NCBI GenBank assembly: GCA_964486065.1
Contig: CAZAKN010000003.1
Coordinates: 18,559-82,558 of the forward strand
Reading direction: 5' to 3'
DNA length: 64,000 bases
Source: an uncultured Gammaproteobacteria bacterium
GTDB lineage: Bacteria; Patescibacteriota; Patescibacteriia; UBA11705; JABHMO01
The stretch's first letter is position 1; each line of letters starts with the position of its first letter. This document shows, piece after piece, positions 47,901-58,252 of the stretch. Made by a program: the position numbers and the translations under genes. The notes under the pieces were generated by a model that saw only the letters and a program-made list of their open reading frames with translations, had not been told where the DNA came from and searched no databases.

Positions 47901-49325
47901 TTACACTTTTGATTTTCGTCGTAGAACTATCCATGGAGTTTTCAGCATTATCCAAAAGTCCAATTTTAGCGACCAATTTTCAATATAATAAGTATCCAGT
48001 TTTACTTCTTCGTTAAAATCCAAATCGCTACGGCCGGAAATTTGTGCCAAGCCGGTAACTCCCGGTTTGATGTCAAGAACTCTTCTTTGCGCTTTGGTGT
48101 ATTGAGTGACTTCGCGAGGTTGATGAGGGCGAGGTCCGACCAAGCTCATGTTGCCGATCCAAACATTAAAAAATTGTGGCAATTCATCAAGTGAAGTTCT
48201 TTCCAGAAATTTACCGATTTTGGTGCGACGAGGATCGTTCAGTATTTTATAAACCGGTCCTTGTCGTTCAGATTGTTTTTCAATCAAATCTTTTTCAAAT
48301 TCCAAAACCGCTTTTTGGTCGGTGTATTTTTCAAACTGTTTACCGGTGCAATATTTGGTGTACATGGAACGGAATTTATAAGTATTAAAAGTACCTTTAC
48401 GCGTAACTCGTTCATTTTTATAAATGGCCGGACCGGAATCTTCAATTTTAATCAACAAAGCAAGCAATAACATAAGCGGTGAAAAAACAATTATCAAAAT
48501 CGTGCTGAAGACGAAGTCAATGATTCTTTTGATTATTTTACCCCAACCGTCCAACTTGGTTTTTCTGATTTCAATAATCGGCAAGCCGGCATACATGTGA
48601 AATTCCACATTGGTGGTACGAGCTTCAAATTGACCGGCGGTATATTTGAAAACAATGTTATAAGCATTGCAAAAATCCAGAAGTTTTACCGATTGACTGC
48701 GAGAAAGTCCGGCATCGGCTTGGATTATTTCATCCAAAGAATATATTTCATTTATTTTTTCCAATTCATCCTGATTGAAGTCTTTCATTTTTTTAATAAC
48801 TTTGTAACCGAATTCAGGATATTTTTTAAAATACGCGGTTAGCTCATCAGTGTATTTATCGTTGCCGACGATTACGACATTGTGCGCGCCCCAGCCTTTT
48901 TTTAAACTGTAATTTTGAACTTTGCGCATGATTATTCTGACGATTGAAACGAAAATCATGGCCAAAATCCAAGCGGTTAAAACAATAAAACGAGAAGCAA
49001 ATATTTCTCTGACAAAAAACATGTAAATCAGCACCGCGGTCATGCCCGTGGAGCAAGCTAAAATTATTTTCGCGAGTTCGTCCGTGATTTTTCTTTTTTT
49101 AAAATTGTACAATCCCGACCAAATAAAAAAAATCAGCCAAATAGTGGCGATGATTAAAGTTGAAAATAAATACGCTTTGAAAGATAATTCAAAAATTACC
49201 GGTCTGATTTCTTGAACATCGCTTTGATAACGCAAAACATAAGCTAAAAGTCCGGCTGAAATCAAAGCCAAATAATCAAAAGGAATTTTTAAAAAAGTAA
49301 AAAATAATTCGGTTTTCTTTTTCAT
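47901..49325 (-). CDS. Undecaprenyl-phosphate sugar phosphotransferase (WbaP/WcaJ-like)
   Basis: N-terminal TMs, KRIID, YKFRSM, SLDELPQF, MSLVGPRP, PGVTGLAQ; start moved to 49325, downstream of rnpB. Confidence 0.92.
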   Translation of the reverse strand: MKKKTELFFTFLKIPFDYLALISAGLLAYVLRYQSDVQEIRPVIFELSFKAYLFSTLIIATIWLIFFIWSGLYNFKKRKITDELAKIILACSTGMTAVLIYMFFVREIFASRFIVLTAWILAMIFVSIVRIIMRKVQNYSLKKGWGAHNVVIVGNDKYTDELTAYFKKYPEFGYKVIKKMKDFNQDELEKINEIYSLDEIIQADAGLSRSQSVKLLDFCNAYNIVFKYTAGQFEARTTNVEFHMYAGLPIIEIRKTKLDGWGKIIKRIIDFVFSTILIIVFSPLMLLLALLIKIEDSGPAIYKNERVTRKGTFNTYKFRSMYTKYCTGKQFEKYTDQKAVLEFEKDLIEKQSERQGPVYKILNDPRRTKIGKFLERTSLDELPQFFNVWIGNMSLVGPRPHQPREVTQYTKAQRRVLDIKPGVTGLAQISGRSDLDFNEEVKLDTYYIENWSLKLDFWIMLKTPWIVLRRKSKV

Positions 49326-49385
49326 ATAATTATTATAGCACAATAAGCGTTTCAGCCGTATGTATAAAGATTTATTTCCAAAGCC

Positions 49386-49685
49386 CCGAACAAGCGAGTA
49401 AGCCGGATTCTGTTTTAACCGTAATCTATCTGGGACGACCGTCGCCGATCGCCTTAAGCGGGCTACCAAATTTGCCCTTGCACTCGAGTAAGGATTTAGC
49501 CGTTTCACCCGCCATGTTGCCATGGCGACTATTCCCGAAGGAATCCGAATCAATCACTTGATCCAGCGTCTCTGCTCGCACCTCTATCTCACGATTGACA
49601 GGAATTACCTGCTACCCGTGTTAATTGAATAACCGAGTGTCCGGACTTTCCTCCCTTGAAGAGGGTAACGGAACTGCTTGTTCGG
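49386..49685 (-). ncRNA. rnpB: RNase P RNA (compact, about 300 nt)
   Basis: Minus strand: GAGGAAAGTCCGG near 5' end, GGTGAAAC, ACAGAATCCGGCTTAC near 3' end; termini CCGAACAAGC/GCTTGTTCGG pair; promoter TTGACA-17-TATTAT upstream. Confidence 0.95.
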
Positions 49686-49829
49686 AACTGATTTATAATA
49701 ACAAAAAAACGCAAATTTGTCAATGTTTTTTGTAAATTTAGATAAAATTGACTAATTGTAAAAAGTTGAGTTTTAGTATATAATTGGGAAGTTATTTGCA
49801 CATTCAATAAAGACAAAACGGAGATGAAC

Positions 49830-50222
49830 ATGATAATAATGAAAAATGATAGTTATGTCAGAGTTTTGGTGGTGGAAGATGAAGAGAGAAATGTTTTTTT
49901 GGTGCGCAAAGTGTTGGAAGAATTGCCGTGCCAAACGGTTTTTGTACGAAGCGCGGAAGAAGCCTTATCCGTTAATGATTTACCGGAATATGATCTGATC
50001 TTGTTGGATATGGTTTTACCGGGGATGAGTGGCTGGAAGTTCACGGAAGTAGTGAGACAAAAAGGTTTGACCGTTTACATTGTGGCGCTTTCAGCGGCGG
50101 CAATGAAAGAAGAAGTGGAACGGGCTTTTCAAGCGGGAGTAAACGAATATATAACCAAACCATATTATTTGGATGCTATCCGCAATGTGATTGCCGAAAT
50201 CATTGAAAACAAAAACGGCTGA
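49830..50222 (+). CDS. Single-domain response regulator (CheY/DivK-like)
   Basis: VLVVEDE, LLDMVLPGMSG, ALSA, ITKP; GGAG SD; TTGTAA-17-TATAAT. Confidence 0.9.
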   Translation: MIIMKNDSYVRVLVVEDEERNVFLVRKVLEELPCQTVFVRSAEEALSVNDLPEYDLILLDMVLPGMSGWKFTEVVRQKGLTVYIVALSAAAMKEEVERAFQAGVNEYITKPYYLDAIRNVIAEIIENKNG

Positions 50223-50247
50223 GCAAAGCTCAGCCGTTTTTTTATAT

Positions 50248-51219
50248 TTATAAACCGATTTGTTTTTTAATTTTTTCCATTTTTAATTTGGCGATTTTTC
50301 CGGCTTTGATTTTACCATTTTGCAAGATTTTATCCAATTCATTGTCTTGGATTGCCAAATACTTTTCCCTGATTGGCGTTAAATAATCAATTATTTTTTC
50401 AACTAAATCTTTTTTAAAATCACCATAGCCTTTACCGTCATATTGTTTTTTAATTTGTTTGATTGTTTGATCGCTGACCAAGTGATAAATGGAAATTAAA
50501 TTACTGATCCCCGGTCGTTTTGGATCATATTGCACTGAAGCTTCCGAGTCGGTTGCCGCTTTCATGATTTTTTTCTTGATTTGTTCGGGAGAATCCGTTA
50601 AAGCTATATAATTGTATTCAGAAGCCGCGGATTTACTCATTTTTTTCTCCGGATTATCCAAGCCTTTCAAACGCGCGGCGTTTTTATTGATTTCCGCTTG
50701 AGGAATTTTTAAAATATCTCCATATTGGTGATTGAATTTTTTTGCTATGGTTCTGGTTAGTTCCACATGTTGCAATTGGTCTTCTCCTACGGGAACCATG
50801 TCAGTATCATAAAGCAATATATCAGCGGCCATTAAACAGGGATAGGTTAAAAGTCCGGCATTGATGTTTTTTTTATGTTGTTCCGCTTTGTCTTTAAATT
50901 GAGTCATTCTTTCCAGCTCGGAAATCGGAGTAAGGCAATTAAAAATCCAGGCCAATTCAGCGTGTTCCGGCACATCGGATTGTCGATAAATGATATTTTT
51001 TCGCGGATCCAAGCCACAAGCCAAAAAAATTTTTGCCAAATTGCGTATGTTTTCTTTTAATTCGGTGGAAGTGGGAGTTACGGTCAAAGCATGCAAATCC
51101 ACAATACTGAAAATGCCTTCATGTTGCTTTTGTAAATCAACCCAGTTTTTTATGGCACCGAAATAATTGCCCAAATGTATAATGCCGGTCGGTTGAGCGG
51201 CACTGTATAATCTTGGCAT
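50248..51219 (-). CDS. trpS: Tryptophan--tRNA ligase
   Basis: QPTG..HLGNY, YPCLMAADIL, VPVGEDQ, KMSKS. Confidence 0.98.
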   Translation of the reverse strand: MPRLYSAAQPTGIIHLGNYFGAIKNWVDLQKQHEGIFSIVDLHALTVTPTSTELKENIRNLAKIFLACGLDPRKNIIYRQSDVPEHAELAWIFNCLTPISELERMTQFKDKAEQHKKNINAGLLTYPCLMAADILLYDTDMVPVGEDQLQHVELTRTIAKKFNHQYGDILKIPQAEINKNAARLKGLDNPEKKMSKSAASEYNYIALTDSPEQIKKKIMKAATDSEASVQYDPKRPGISNLISIYHLVSDQTIKQIKKQYDGKGYGDFKKDLVEKIIDYLTPIREKYLAIQDNELDKILQNGKIKAGKIAKLKMEKIKKQIGL

Positions 51220-51286
51220 AATAATGAAATTATTTGAAAGTTATTAAAATTTTATCTTAAATCAAGGAAAAAAGCAAAGATTAAAT

Positions 51287-51326
51287 AAAAATAAAAGTCC
51301 CCGCCGTTGGCGGGGACTTTTATTTT
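51287..51326 (-). terminator. Intrinsic terminator after rnj
   Basis: AAAATAAAAGTCCCCGCC / GGCGGGGACTTTTATTTT. Confidence 0.85.
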
Positions 51327-51333
51327 GAAATAT

Positions 51334-53106
51334 TTAAACCTCAATTACCACGGGTAAAACCATGGGGCGACGCTGGGTCTTTTTGTAAAGAAAAGTACCC
51401 ATGGCTTCACGAAGTTTGTTCTTAATATCCATGGTGTCCACATTGGCGTTGGTGTTTTTTTTCATGCAGATTTTTTTAACTAGATTTCTGGCCTCTTGAA
51501 TCAGCTCTCGGTTTTCTTTCATGTAAATAAAACCGCGAGAAATAATATCCGGACTGCCGACCAATTCGCCGGTTTTTCTTTTGATATTGGCGATAATCAC
51601 GAACATGCCGTCTTCAGCCATCATGCGACGATCTCGAAGCACGATATTACTGACATCTCCCACGCCCAATCCATCAACAAAAACATATTCGGTCGGTATT
51701 TTTTCTGGTGTTAATCTGCCGACCACTTCTCGTCCTCGTTTACTGAATTCAAATACTTGTCCATTGGCGCCGATTAAAATATTTTTCGGATCAATTCCCG
51801 ATTCGGCGGCTATTTCGCCGTGAATTTTCAACATATAGTGATTGGCTTCAATGGGAATGAAGTATTTCGGTTTGAATAAATTGATAATCAATTTTAGATC
51901 TTCTTGCTTGGCGTGTCCGCCGGCATGTACATCCAGAGATTGATAATGAAAAACCTTGGCGCCTTGTTTGTAAAAAGTATCTTTCAAGGATTGAATGGTT
52001 CTTTCATTTCCCGGAATGACGGATGAAGAAAATAAAATGGAATCGCCTTGTTTTATTTCCAGAAAACGATGCTCTTTGTTCGCGACACGCATAAGAATGG
52101 CGTTTTTTTCGCCTTGCGCGCCGGTGCCGAGAACCACCAATTTATTGTCCGGTGTTTTTTTAAATTGTGCTTCTTCTATAATAGTATTGGAATTGAATTT
52201 CAAATAGCCCAATTCGCGACAAAGTTGAACATTATTATTCATGCTACGACCTTCCAAGAGGACTTTTCTGCCGTATTTTTCAGCCAGAGTGAAAACTTGT
52301 TGGATACGATTGATCAGCGAGGCGAAGGTGCCGATAATAATTCGTCCTTCGGATTTTTGAAAAACATCTTCCAAGCTATTGGTGATTTCACTTTCTGAAA
52401 TCTGACGACCGCGATGTTCAGCATCGGTACTGTCACTCATCAGAGCCAAAACTTCGCGTCCGCCGATTTGCGCTATTTTATTTAAATCAATCGGTTTATC
52501 GTTGATCGGAGAAAAATCAAGTTTAAAATCTCCAGTATGAACGATGGTGCCGAGCGGTGTATTCAAGGTCACGCCGAAACTATCGGGGATATTGTGATTA
52601 ACTCGGAAAAAATCAACATCAAAAGTTCCCAGTTTTACCTTGTCCTTATCAGGATCAATAATTTGGATTTTCAATGGCGAAAGTTTTTTGTATTCTTCAT
52701 GGCGTTTTTTGATAAGTCCAGCGGTTAGCTTGGCCGTGTAAATGGTGGGATAGCCCAGTTTCGGCATAAGATGAGAAACCGCGCCGATGTGATCGTAATG
52801 ACCATGAGTGATTATTACTCCGCGAATATTTCGCACTTTTTTTTCAAGATAAGTAACATCGGGGATGATATAATCAATTCCCGGCATATCTTCTTCGGGG
52901 AATTGTAAGCCCATATCAATGATGACTATATCATTGCCATATTCCAAAACTGTCATATTGCGACCGACTTCTTCCAGTCCGCCCAGTACCATAATACGCA
53001 GTTTGTTTTGATTTGATTTTGAAGAATTAAAACGACGGCCGTTGCGCGCTTGGCGATTGCCAGTTTTTGGATTTGATTTGGTAGTTGGTTTGTATTTTCT
53101 AATCAT
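51334..53106 (-). CDS. rnj: Ribonuclease J
   Basis: LGGLEEVGRNM, THGHYDHIG, HTGDFK, HAGGHA, RRPMVLP. Confidence 0.96.
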   Translation of the reverse strand: MIRKYKPTTKSNPKTGNRQARNGRRFNSSKSNQNKLRIMVLGGLEEVGRNMTVLEYGNDIVIIDMGLQFPEEDMPGIDYIIPDVTYLEKKVRNIRGVIITHGHYDHIGAVSHLMPKLGYPTIYTAKLTAGLIKKRHEEYKKLSPLKIQIIDPDKDKVKLGTFDVDFFRVNHNIPDSFGVTLNTPLGTIVHTGDFKLDFSPINDKPIDLNKIAQIGGREVLALMSDSTDAEHRGRQISESEITNSLEDVFQKSEGRIIIGTFASLINRIQQVFTLAEKYGRKVLLEGRSMNNNVQLCRELGYLKFNSNTIIEEAQFKKTPDNKLVVLGTGAQGEKNAILMRVANKEHRFLEIKQGDSILFSSSVIPGNERTIQSLKDTFYKQGAKVFHYQSLDVHAGGHAKQEDLKLIINLFKPKYFIPIEANHYMLKIHGEIAAESGIDPKNILIGANGQVFEFSKRGREVVGRLTPEKIPTEYVFVDGLGVGDVSNIVLRDRRMMAEDGMFVIIANIKRKTGELVGSPDIISRGFIYMKENRELIQEARNLVKKICMKKNTNANVDTMDIKNKLREAMGTFLYKKTQRRPMVLPVVIEV

Positions 53107-53210
53107 AGTATTTTGTTTAGATTAATATTTAAAGTAATAAACGAGAAGGAAAATATAAAATTGGAAGTGTTGGTATTACTTCGTGCTTCGTGGTCCGAGC
53201 ATAAATATAG

Positions 53211-55142
53211 CTATTCCCAGTTGCGAGAAGTTTTAATATACCAATTGTTAATGTTACTTAAACGATTGGCGGGAGTGATGATCTGAGTGGTTTCAAAGCC
53301 TTTGATTTTTTTGCTTTGAGGGTATGTATAAGTTGGATTGAATAAAAATATGGCGGGTACCTCTTGAGCCAAGAGTTCCTGAAAGAGACTGTATTTTTCT
53401 GCTCTGGCTTCCGGATCGCTTAGCCTTCTGGCATCCTCCAAAAGTTCATCTATTTCCGTATTTTTTACGGAAGTCAGATTAAGCCCCGGATAATCCCTTT
53501 GTTCCGAATGCCAAAAAGGGAAAGGATCTGGATCATGTCCCAATATTTGACTGTATAATAATATTTCGTAATCGCGATTTTTTATTACTTGCTGTATTTC
53601 TTCAGCGGAAACGATGTGTAAGTTCAGCTTGGCGCCGATCTGTTGCCATTCTTTTTGAACTTCTTTGGCGATTTGAACATTTTCCGGTTGGTCAACGGTG
53701 GTCAAGCTGAATTCCAAATACACCTCTTTTTTCTTTCTGACTTGGAAAGGATATTGTTCAGCCTGTTCCGTAACGGAATTGTTTTGTTCCAAGTTTTCAT
53801 CTTCTTCCGTTGACTCTTCCGAATCGTTTTCTTCCTCGGTTTCAATTACATAATCAGTCAATTTCCAGCCAGCGTTTTCCAGATCGCTTTTGGCCAAGTC
53901 GGGATTGAAAGGGAAATCGGTAATGTCCGGATTATATCCCAGCGAGCCCGGCAAAATACAAGAATTGGTGGTTTGAGCTTCGGAACGTAAAATTTCGCTG
54001 ACGATTTTTTCTTTATTGGTGGCGTTGCTGAGAGTTTCTCGCATATCCACATCTTGTAATAGGCGATTGTTGTCACCGTTAAAAAATAGCGCGGTGTATT
54101 GAGGTAAGTGTAATAAATGGAAGTTTAAATTACGATTATTGATTACGCGAGGTTGCAATTCTTTCGGCAGATAGCTGAGACCTTCAATGTTTTTATTGTT
54201 TAAAGCCGCTACCGCGGAGTCAAAATTTTCAAAAAATTTGAAAATGATTTCTTTAACATAAGGAACTTGATTATAAAAACCTTGATTGCTTTTCAGATTT
54301 AATTTTTTAATTTCCCCATTTTTGCTTTTGGTTAAAGAAACGAATTGATAAGGCCCGGAACCGATGGGTTTTAAATTATATTCCGTGATCATCATGTTTT
54401 CCGGTTCAATGTTGCTCCAAATGTGTTCCGGTAAAATTCCCACGGTCAAACTTTCCAAAAATGGAGCAAAAGGTTCTTCCAGAATGAATTCCACCGTATA
54501 TTCATCAAGTTTGGTTACTTGAATATCTTTAAAAGTAAAATAAAGCGGGGTTTTGGTTTTGGGATTTTTGATTCTGGAAAAAGTGAATTCAACATCATCA
54601 GCATCCAGTTTTTCCCCATCATGCCAATAAACATTTTGTTTTATGTGAAAAGTATATATTCTTTGGTCTTCGCTAAGTGTCCACGAGTCAGCCAAATCAT
54701 TTTGCAGGGATTGTTCCGCGTATTTTATCAAGCCTGAAAAAATCAAAGAACTGATATCAAGATCCACATCGTTGGCGCCGGCGAAAAGAGGATTTACATA
54801 TTTCGGAGAGCCAACCAGTCCTTCGGTGTAAGAGCCGCCGTCTTTCGGGCCCAGTTCCGAATGCGTCCAATAAATATTGATGCAAAGAGAAACCAAAGCG
54901 ATTAAAACAATACTGCCCAATATACGCATCAACATTTTTTCGCCATCCGACAAAAATTGTTTTAAGTGGGTCAATTGTTTGAAATTCGGAATTTTTTTCT
55001 TAGCCGTTAATTTATGCACAAGCTTTTGATCGTAAGTTTGGTATTGAAGTAATTTTGTAGCTTGCTTTTTTTTGAGACGATTGATTTTTTCGGCTTTGAA
55101 TTTAAACCAAAAATCTTTTAGTGAAGACACAAAAATTGTCAA
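53211..55142 (-). CDS. Peptide/nickel ABC-type substrate-binding protein (family 5), membrane-anchored
   Basis: GGSYTEG, LIFSGL, WHDG..ADDV.FT, PIGSGPY, PAIFL; TTG start; no permease in window. Confidence 0.88.
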   Translation of the reverse strand: MTIFVSSLKDFWFKFKAEKINRLKKKQATKLLQYQTYDQKLVHKLTAKKKIPNFKQLTHLKQFLSDGEKMLMRILGSIVLIALVSLCINIYWTHSELGPKDGGSYTEGLVGSPKYVNPLFAGANDVDLDISSLIFSGLIKYAEQSLQNDLADSWTLSEDQRIYTFHIKQNVYWHDGEKLDADDVEFTFSRIKNPKTKTPLYFTFKDIQVTKLDEYTVEFILEEPFAPFLESLTVGILPEHIWSNIEPENMMITEYNLKPIGSGPYQFVSLTKSKNGEIKKLNLKSNQGFYNQVPYVKEIIFKFFENFDSAVAALNNKNIEGLSYLPKELQPRVINNRNLNFHLLHLPQYTALFFNGDNNRLLQDVDMRETLSNATNKEKIVSEILRSEAQTTNSCILPGSLGYNPDITDFPFNPDLAKSDLENAGWKLTDYVIETEEENDSEESTEEDENLEQNNSVTEQAEQYPFQVRKKKEVYLEFSLTTVDQPENVQIAKEVQKEWQQIGAKLNLHIVSAEEIQQVIKNRDYEILLYSQILGHDPDPFPFWHSEQRDYPGLNLTSVKNTEIDELLEDARRLSDPEARAEKYSLFQELLAQEVPAIFLFNPTYTYPQSKKIKGFETTQIITPANRLSNINNWYIKTSRNWE

Positions 55143-55146
55143 TTAA

Positions 55147-55368
55147 TTAAATGAAGATGTTGGCCAAGGAAAGGCCTAAAAAGAATATAGAGAAGATAAT
55201 TGTTAAAACAAAGATGTTTTTTTCCATGCCTCTTTTGGTGCGATAATCTCCCATTACTTCACTGCCTCCGAAAACTCCGGATAAGCCACCGCCACGATTT
55301 TGCAATAAAACCAAAACGATTAAAATTACGGCTGAAACAACTTGAGCAATACTGATAAATGTAGACAT
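55147..55368 (-). CDS. secG: Preprotein translocase subunit SecG
   Basis: VLLQ.RGGGLSGVFGG..TKRG.EK, two TMs. Confidence 0.93.
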   Translation of the reverse strand: MSTFISIAQVVSAVILIVLVLLQNRGGGLSGVFGGSEVMGDYRTKRGMEKNIFVLTIIFSIFFLGLSLANIFI

Positions 55369-55412
55369 ATTTATTGAAAGATATTTAATTTTAGCGAATT
55401 TCCAATAACCAC

Positions 55413-55441
55413 ATTATAGCAATGATTATTGTCCGTGTCAA
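55413..55441 (-). promoter_or_regulatory. Consensus sigma70 promoter of secG operon
   Basis: TTGACA-17-TATAAT on minus strand with TG extension. Confidence 0.7.
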
Positions 55442-55552
55442 TCCCAAAGCTGAAAAAACAAGCTCCAGCAGGGCTGTTTCTATGGTTTTCCACAATTGGT
55501 TAAAGTTTGGGAAAATAAGCAAAATTTGGTATAATAAAAAAACAATAAATTT

Positions 55553-56302
55553 ATGATTATAAAAGATGAAAAGCAGGTGGCGGAAATCCGTCGCGAGTTG
55601 CAAATTGAAAAAAAACATTGGTACAAAAAATGGTGGGGAATCGGCATTTTGTTGTTTTTGGCGATATTTTTTGTTTTTGTTTCCATCTTTATTTATGAAT
55701 TGGTGAAACTGTATCGTGATTTTGAACAAGGAACTTTATTGCCGGATAAAGAAGCTTTTGAAAGGCAAGCTGATTACGACATGGAAATGTTTATAGACGA
55801 AAGAGTGCCGGTTTTGGGGACCGAAGACGCGCCCATTAAAATAATTGAGTTCGGTGATTTTAATTGTCCGTATTGCAAGCAAGCGGCCGGACATTTGCGC
55901 AAAATCATGAATAAGTATCCGGATCAAGTGAAAGTATATTGGTTAAATATGCCGGTGGTGACCGAAGCTTCTTTTTTGTTGGCGGCCGGCGGAGTATGCG
56001 CTCATGCTCAAGATAAATTTTGGTCGTATCATGACGCCTTATTGGATCATAGTGGAGAATCAACAGCTGAAGACATGGTGGATTTGGCCTTTGATTTAAA
56101 TATGGATGCTGAAAAATGGGATGAATGCATTACTCATAAATTAACTATAGCAAAAGTTCGCAAAGATTTATATTTATCCGAAGATGTGGACGCTCAAGGC
56201 ACTCCGACTTTTTTAATCAACGGCGTTAAAGTCGCCGGAGTGGTGACTTTGGCCAAATGGGAAGAGTTGGTGGAATTATTGTTAACCGTTTATGATCAAT
56301 AA
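55553..56302 (+). CDS. DsbA/BdbD-like thiol-disulfide oxidoreductase
   Basis: TM anchor, EFGDFNCPYC, FWSYHD, GTPTFLING. Confidence 0.9.
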   Translation: MIIKDEKQVAEIRRELQIEKKHWYKKWWGIGILLFLAIFFVFVSIFIYELVKLYRDFEQGTLLPDKEAFERQADYDMEMFIDERVPVLGTEDAPIKIIEFGDFNCPYCKQAAGHLRKIMNKYPDQVKVYWLNMPVVTEASFLLAAGGVCAHAQDKFWSYHDALLDHSGESTAEDMVDLAFDLNMDAEKWDECITHKLTIAKVRKDLYLSEDVDAQGTPTFLINGVKVAGVVTLAKWEELVELLLTVYDQ

Positions 56303-56303
56303 T

Positions 56304-56834
56304 ATGAAACAAATAAGAATTCACGGCCGAGGCGGACAGGGAGCGGTAACCGCTGCTGAACTTTTGGCACAAGCGGCTTTTTCCGAAGGTAAGTTTGTAC
56401 AGGCTTTTCCGAATTTCGGAGTGGAAAGACGCGGTGCGCCGGTAAAAGCTTTTGTCAGGATTTCAGGAAAAGAAATATTGGCTCGTGATCAAGTCTATTT
56501 TCCGGATTATTTAATCATACAAGATGAAACGCTTTTGTTAAATGAAAGTGAAGTTTTGCAAGGAACGGAAAAAGCCGAGATGATTATTATTAATTGTGAA
56601 ACAAGTGATTTGCCGAAAGCCGTTTGCGTACCCGCCACCAAGATCGCATTGGAAGAAATCGGTAAGCCGTTTATCAATACGCCGATGCTCGGAGCTTTTG
56701 CCGCGGCCACAGGTTTAATCAAACCGAAATCATTGGAAAAGGTATTTATGGATAGATTCCAAGGAGAAATTTTGCGGAAAAATATAAAAGCCATGAAAAG
56801 AGCTTATGATTATGTTAAATCTTTAAATTTATGA
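56304..56834 (+). CDS. porC: Pyruvate/2-oxoacid:ferredoxin oxidoreductase gamma subunit
   Basis: IRIHGRGGQG, FGVERRGAP, NTPMLGA. Confidence 0.93.
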   Translation: MKQIRIHGRGGQGAVTAAELLAQAAFSEGKFVQAFPNFGVERRGAPVKAFVRISGKEILARDQVYFPDYLIIQDETLLLNESEVLQGTEKAEMIIINCETSDLPKAVCVPATKIALEEIGKPFINTPMLGAFAAATGLIKPKSLEKVFMDRFQGEILRKNIKAMKRAYDYVKSLNL

Positions 56835-57097
56835 AAATACCTTTACACGCCGACCCCGGTTCGTCTAAAGAAAATAAAACCGGCAATTGGCGCACATTTA
56901 AACCAGTAATTGATCATGATAAATGCATCGCTTGCGGGAATTGTTCCAGAGTTTGTCCGGAAGGTTGCGTTTTTCCCGCGGGAGGTAAAGCCTTGCAGGG
57001 GAAAATTTATTATGAAAAAGATTTGGATTATTGCAAGGGGTGCGGTCTTTGTGCGGAAGAGTGTCCGGTTAAATGTATTACCATGGAAAGGGAATAA
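56831..57097 (+). CDS. porD: PFOR delta subunit (2x[4Fe-4S])
   Basis: TGNWR..P, CIACGNC..CP, YCKGCGLCAEECP. Confidence 0.93.
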   Translation: MKIPLHADPGSSKENKTGNWRTFKPVIDHDKCIACGNCSRVCPEGCVFPAGGKALQGKIYYEKDLDYCKGCGLCAEECPVKCITMERE

Positions 57098-57111
57098 TAA
57101 TTTTCAATCAC

Positions 57112-58251
57112 ATGAAAAAATGTCTTGAAGGTTCAAAAGCGATAGCGGAAACGATTAATGCTTGCCGACCGGAAGTGGTGACGGCTTATCCGATTACTCC
57201 GCAAACGCATATCGTGGAAAACTTGTCGCAATATTACGCTGACGGTAAAGCCGATTTTAAATTTGTTCGCGCGGAAAGTGAATTCGCGGCCGCTTCAATC
57301 GTTTTAGGTGGAAGCGCGGCCGGCGCCAGAACATATACAGCCACCAGTTCGCAAGGTTTGCTTCTCATGACGGAGGTTGTTTTTACAATTTCCGGAATGC
57401 GTTTGCCGGTGGTTTTAACTTGCGCGAACAGAGCGATTTCCGCGCCGATTAATATTTGGAACGATCATCAAGATATTATGACCGTGCGTGACGCTGGTTG
57501 GCTGATTTTATTTGCCGAGAATAATCAAGAGGCGGTAGATTTTCATCCGATAGCGTTTAAGGTTGCCGAGCAATTGAAAATACCGGTTATGGTGGCGGTG
57601 GACGGATTTATTCTAACTCATACGGTGGAAGGAGTTGAATTGCCGAGTCAAAATCAATTGAAAAAATATTTACCCAAGTATAAGCCCGCCGCAGGCGAAT
57701 ATCTGGATGTAAACAATCCGGTTTCTTTGGGAGCTTTTGCCACGCCGGAACATTATCAAGAAATCAGACAAGATTTGCATGAAGATATATTGAGCGCTGA
57801 AAAAGTTTTGAAAAAAGAATTGGCGGAATATAAAAAAATTACCGGCCGAGGGAAAAAGGATTTGGTGGAATACTCTGGGCATAAAAAGCCGAAAGTGGTG
57901 TTCGTGGCAATGGGCGCGGTGGTTGGCACGGTTAAGCAAGCGGTGAACGAGTTAAACGCGGCAGGAGGGAAAGCCGGAGTTTTAAAAGTTAAATGTTTTC
58001 GGCCGTTTCCGGCAAAAGAAATACAACAAAAAGTCGGTAAATATGAACAAATCGTGGTTTTGGACAAGGATGTGTCTTTAGGAAGCGGGGGAATATTGTT
58101 CACTGAGATAAACAGTGCGTTGGCCGACAGTAAAGCTCAAGTAAAAGGAGTAATTTCAGGTTTGGGTGGTAGAGATATTACTGTTGGAAAAATCAAGGAA
58201 ATTTATAAAAAAGCGAAAACCATGAAAAAATCGCCAAGTTTTATCGCCTGA
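57112..58251 (+). CDS. porA: PFOR alpha subunit
   Basis: AYPITPQT, ESE, TATSSQGL, NRA, GLGGRD. Confidence 0.94.
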   Translation: MKKCLEGSKAIAETINACRPEVVTAYPITPQTHIVENLSQYYADGKADFKFVRAESEFAAASIVLGGSAAGARTYTATSSQGLLLMTEVVFTISGMRLPVVLTCANRAISAPINIWNDHQDIMTVRDAGWLILFAENNQEAVDFHPIAFKVAEQLKIPVMVAVDGFILTHTVEGVELPSQNQLKKYLPKYKPAAGEYLDVNNPVSLGAFATPEHYQEIRQDLHEDILSAEKVLKKELAEYKKITGRGKKDLVEYSGHKKPKVVFVAMGAVVGTVKQAVNELNAAGGKAGVLKVKCFRPFPAKEIQQKVGKYEQIVVLDKDVSLGSGGILFTEINSALADSKAQVKGVISGLGGRDITVGKIKEIYKKAKTMKKSPSFIA

Positions 58252-58252
58252 T

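Noticed and set aside
49326-49553. N-terminal extension of the sugar transferase ORF
   Set aside because: It overlaps RNase P RNA; ATG at 49325 gives a normal N-terminus.
55486-55494. DnaA-box-like TTTTCCACA
   Set aside because: Single imperfect box, no cluster and no dnaA nearby.
55422-55517. Short ORF MIIVRVNPKAEKT resembling a DUF167/YggU start
   Set aside because: Only 31 codons and coincides with the secG promoter on the other strand.
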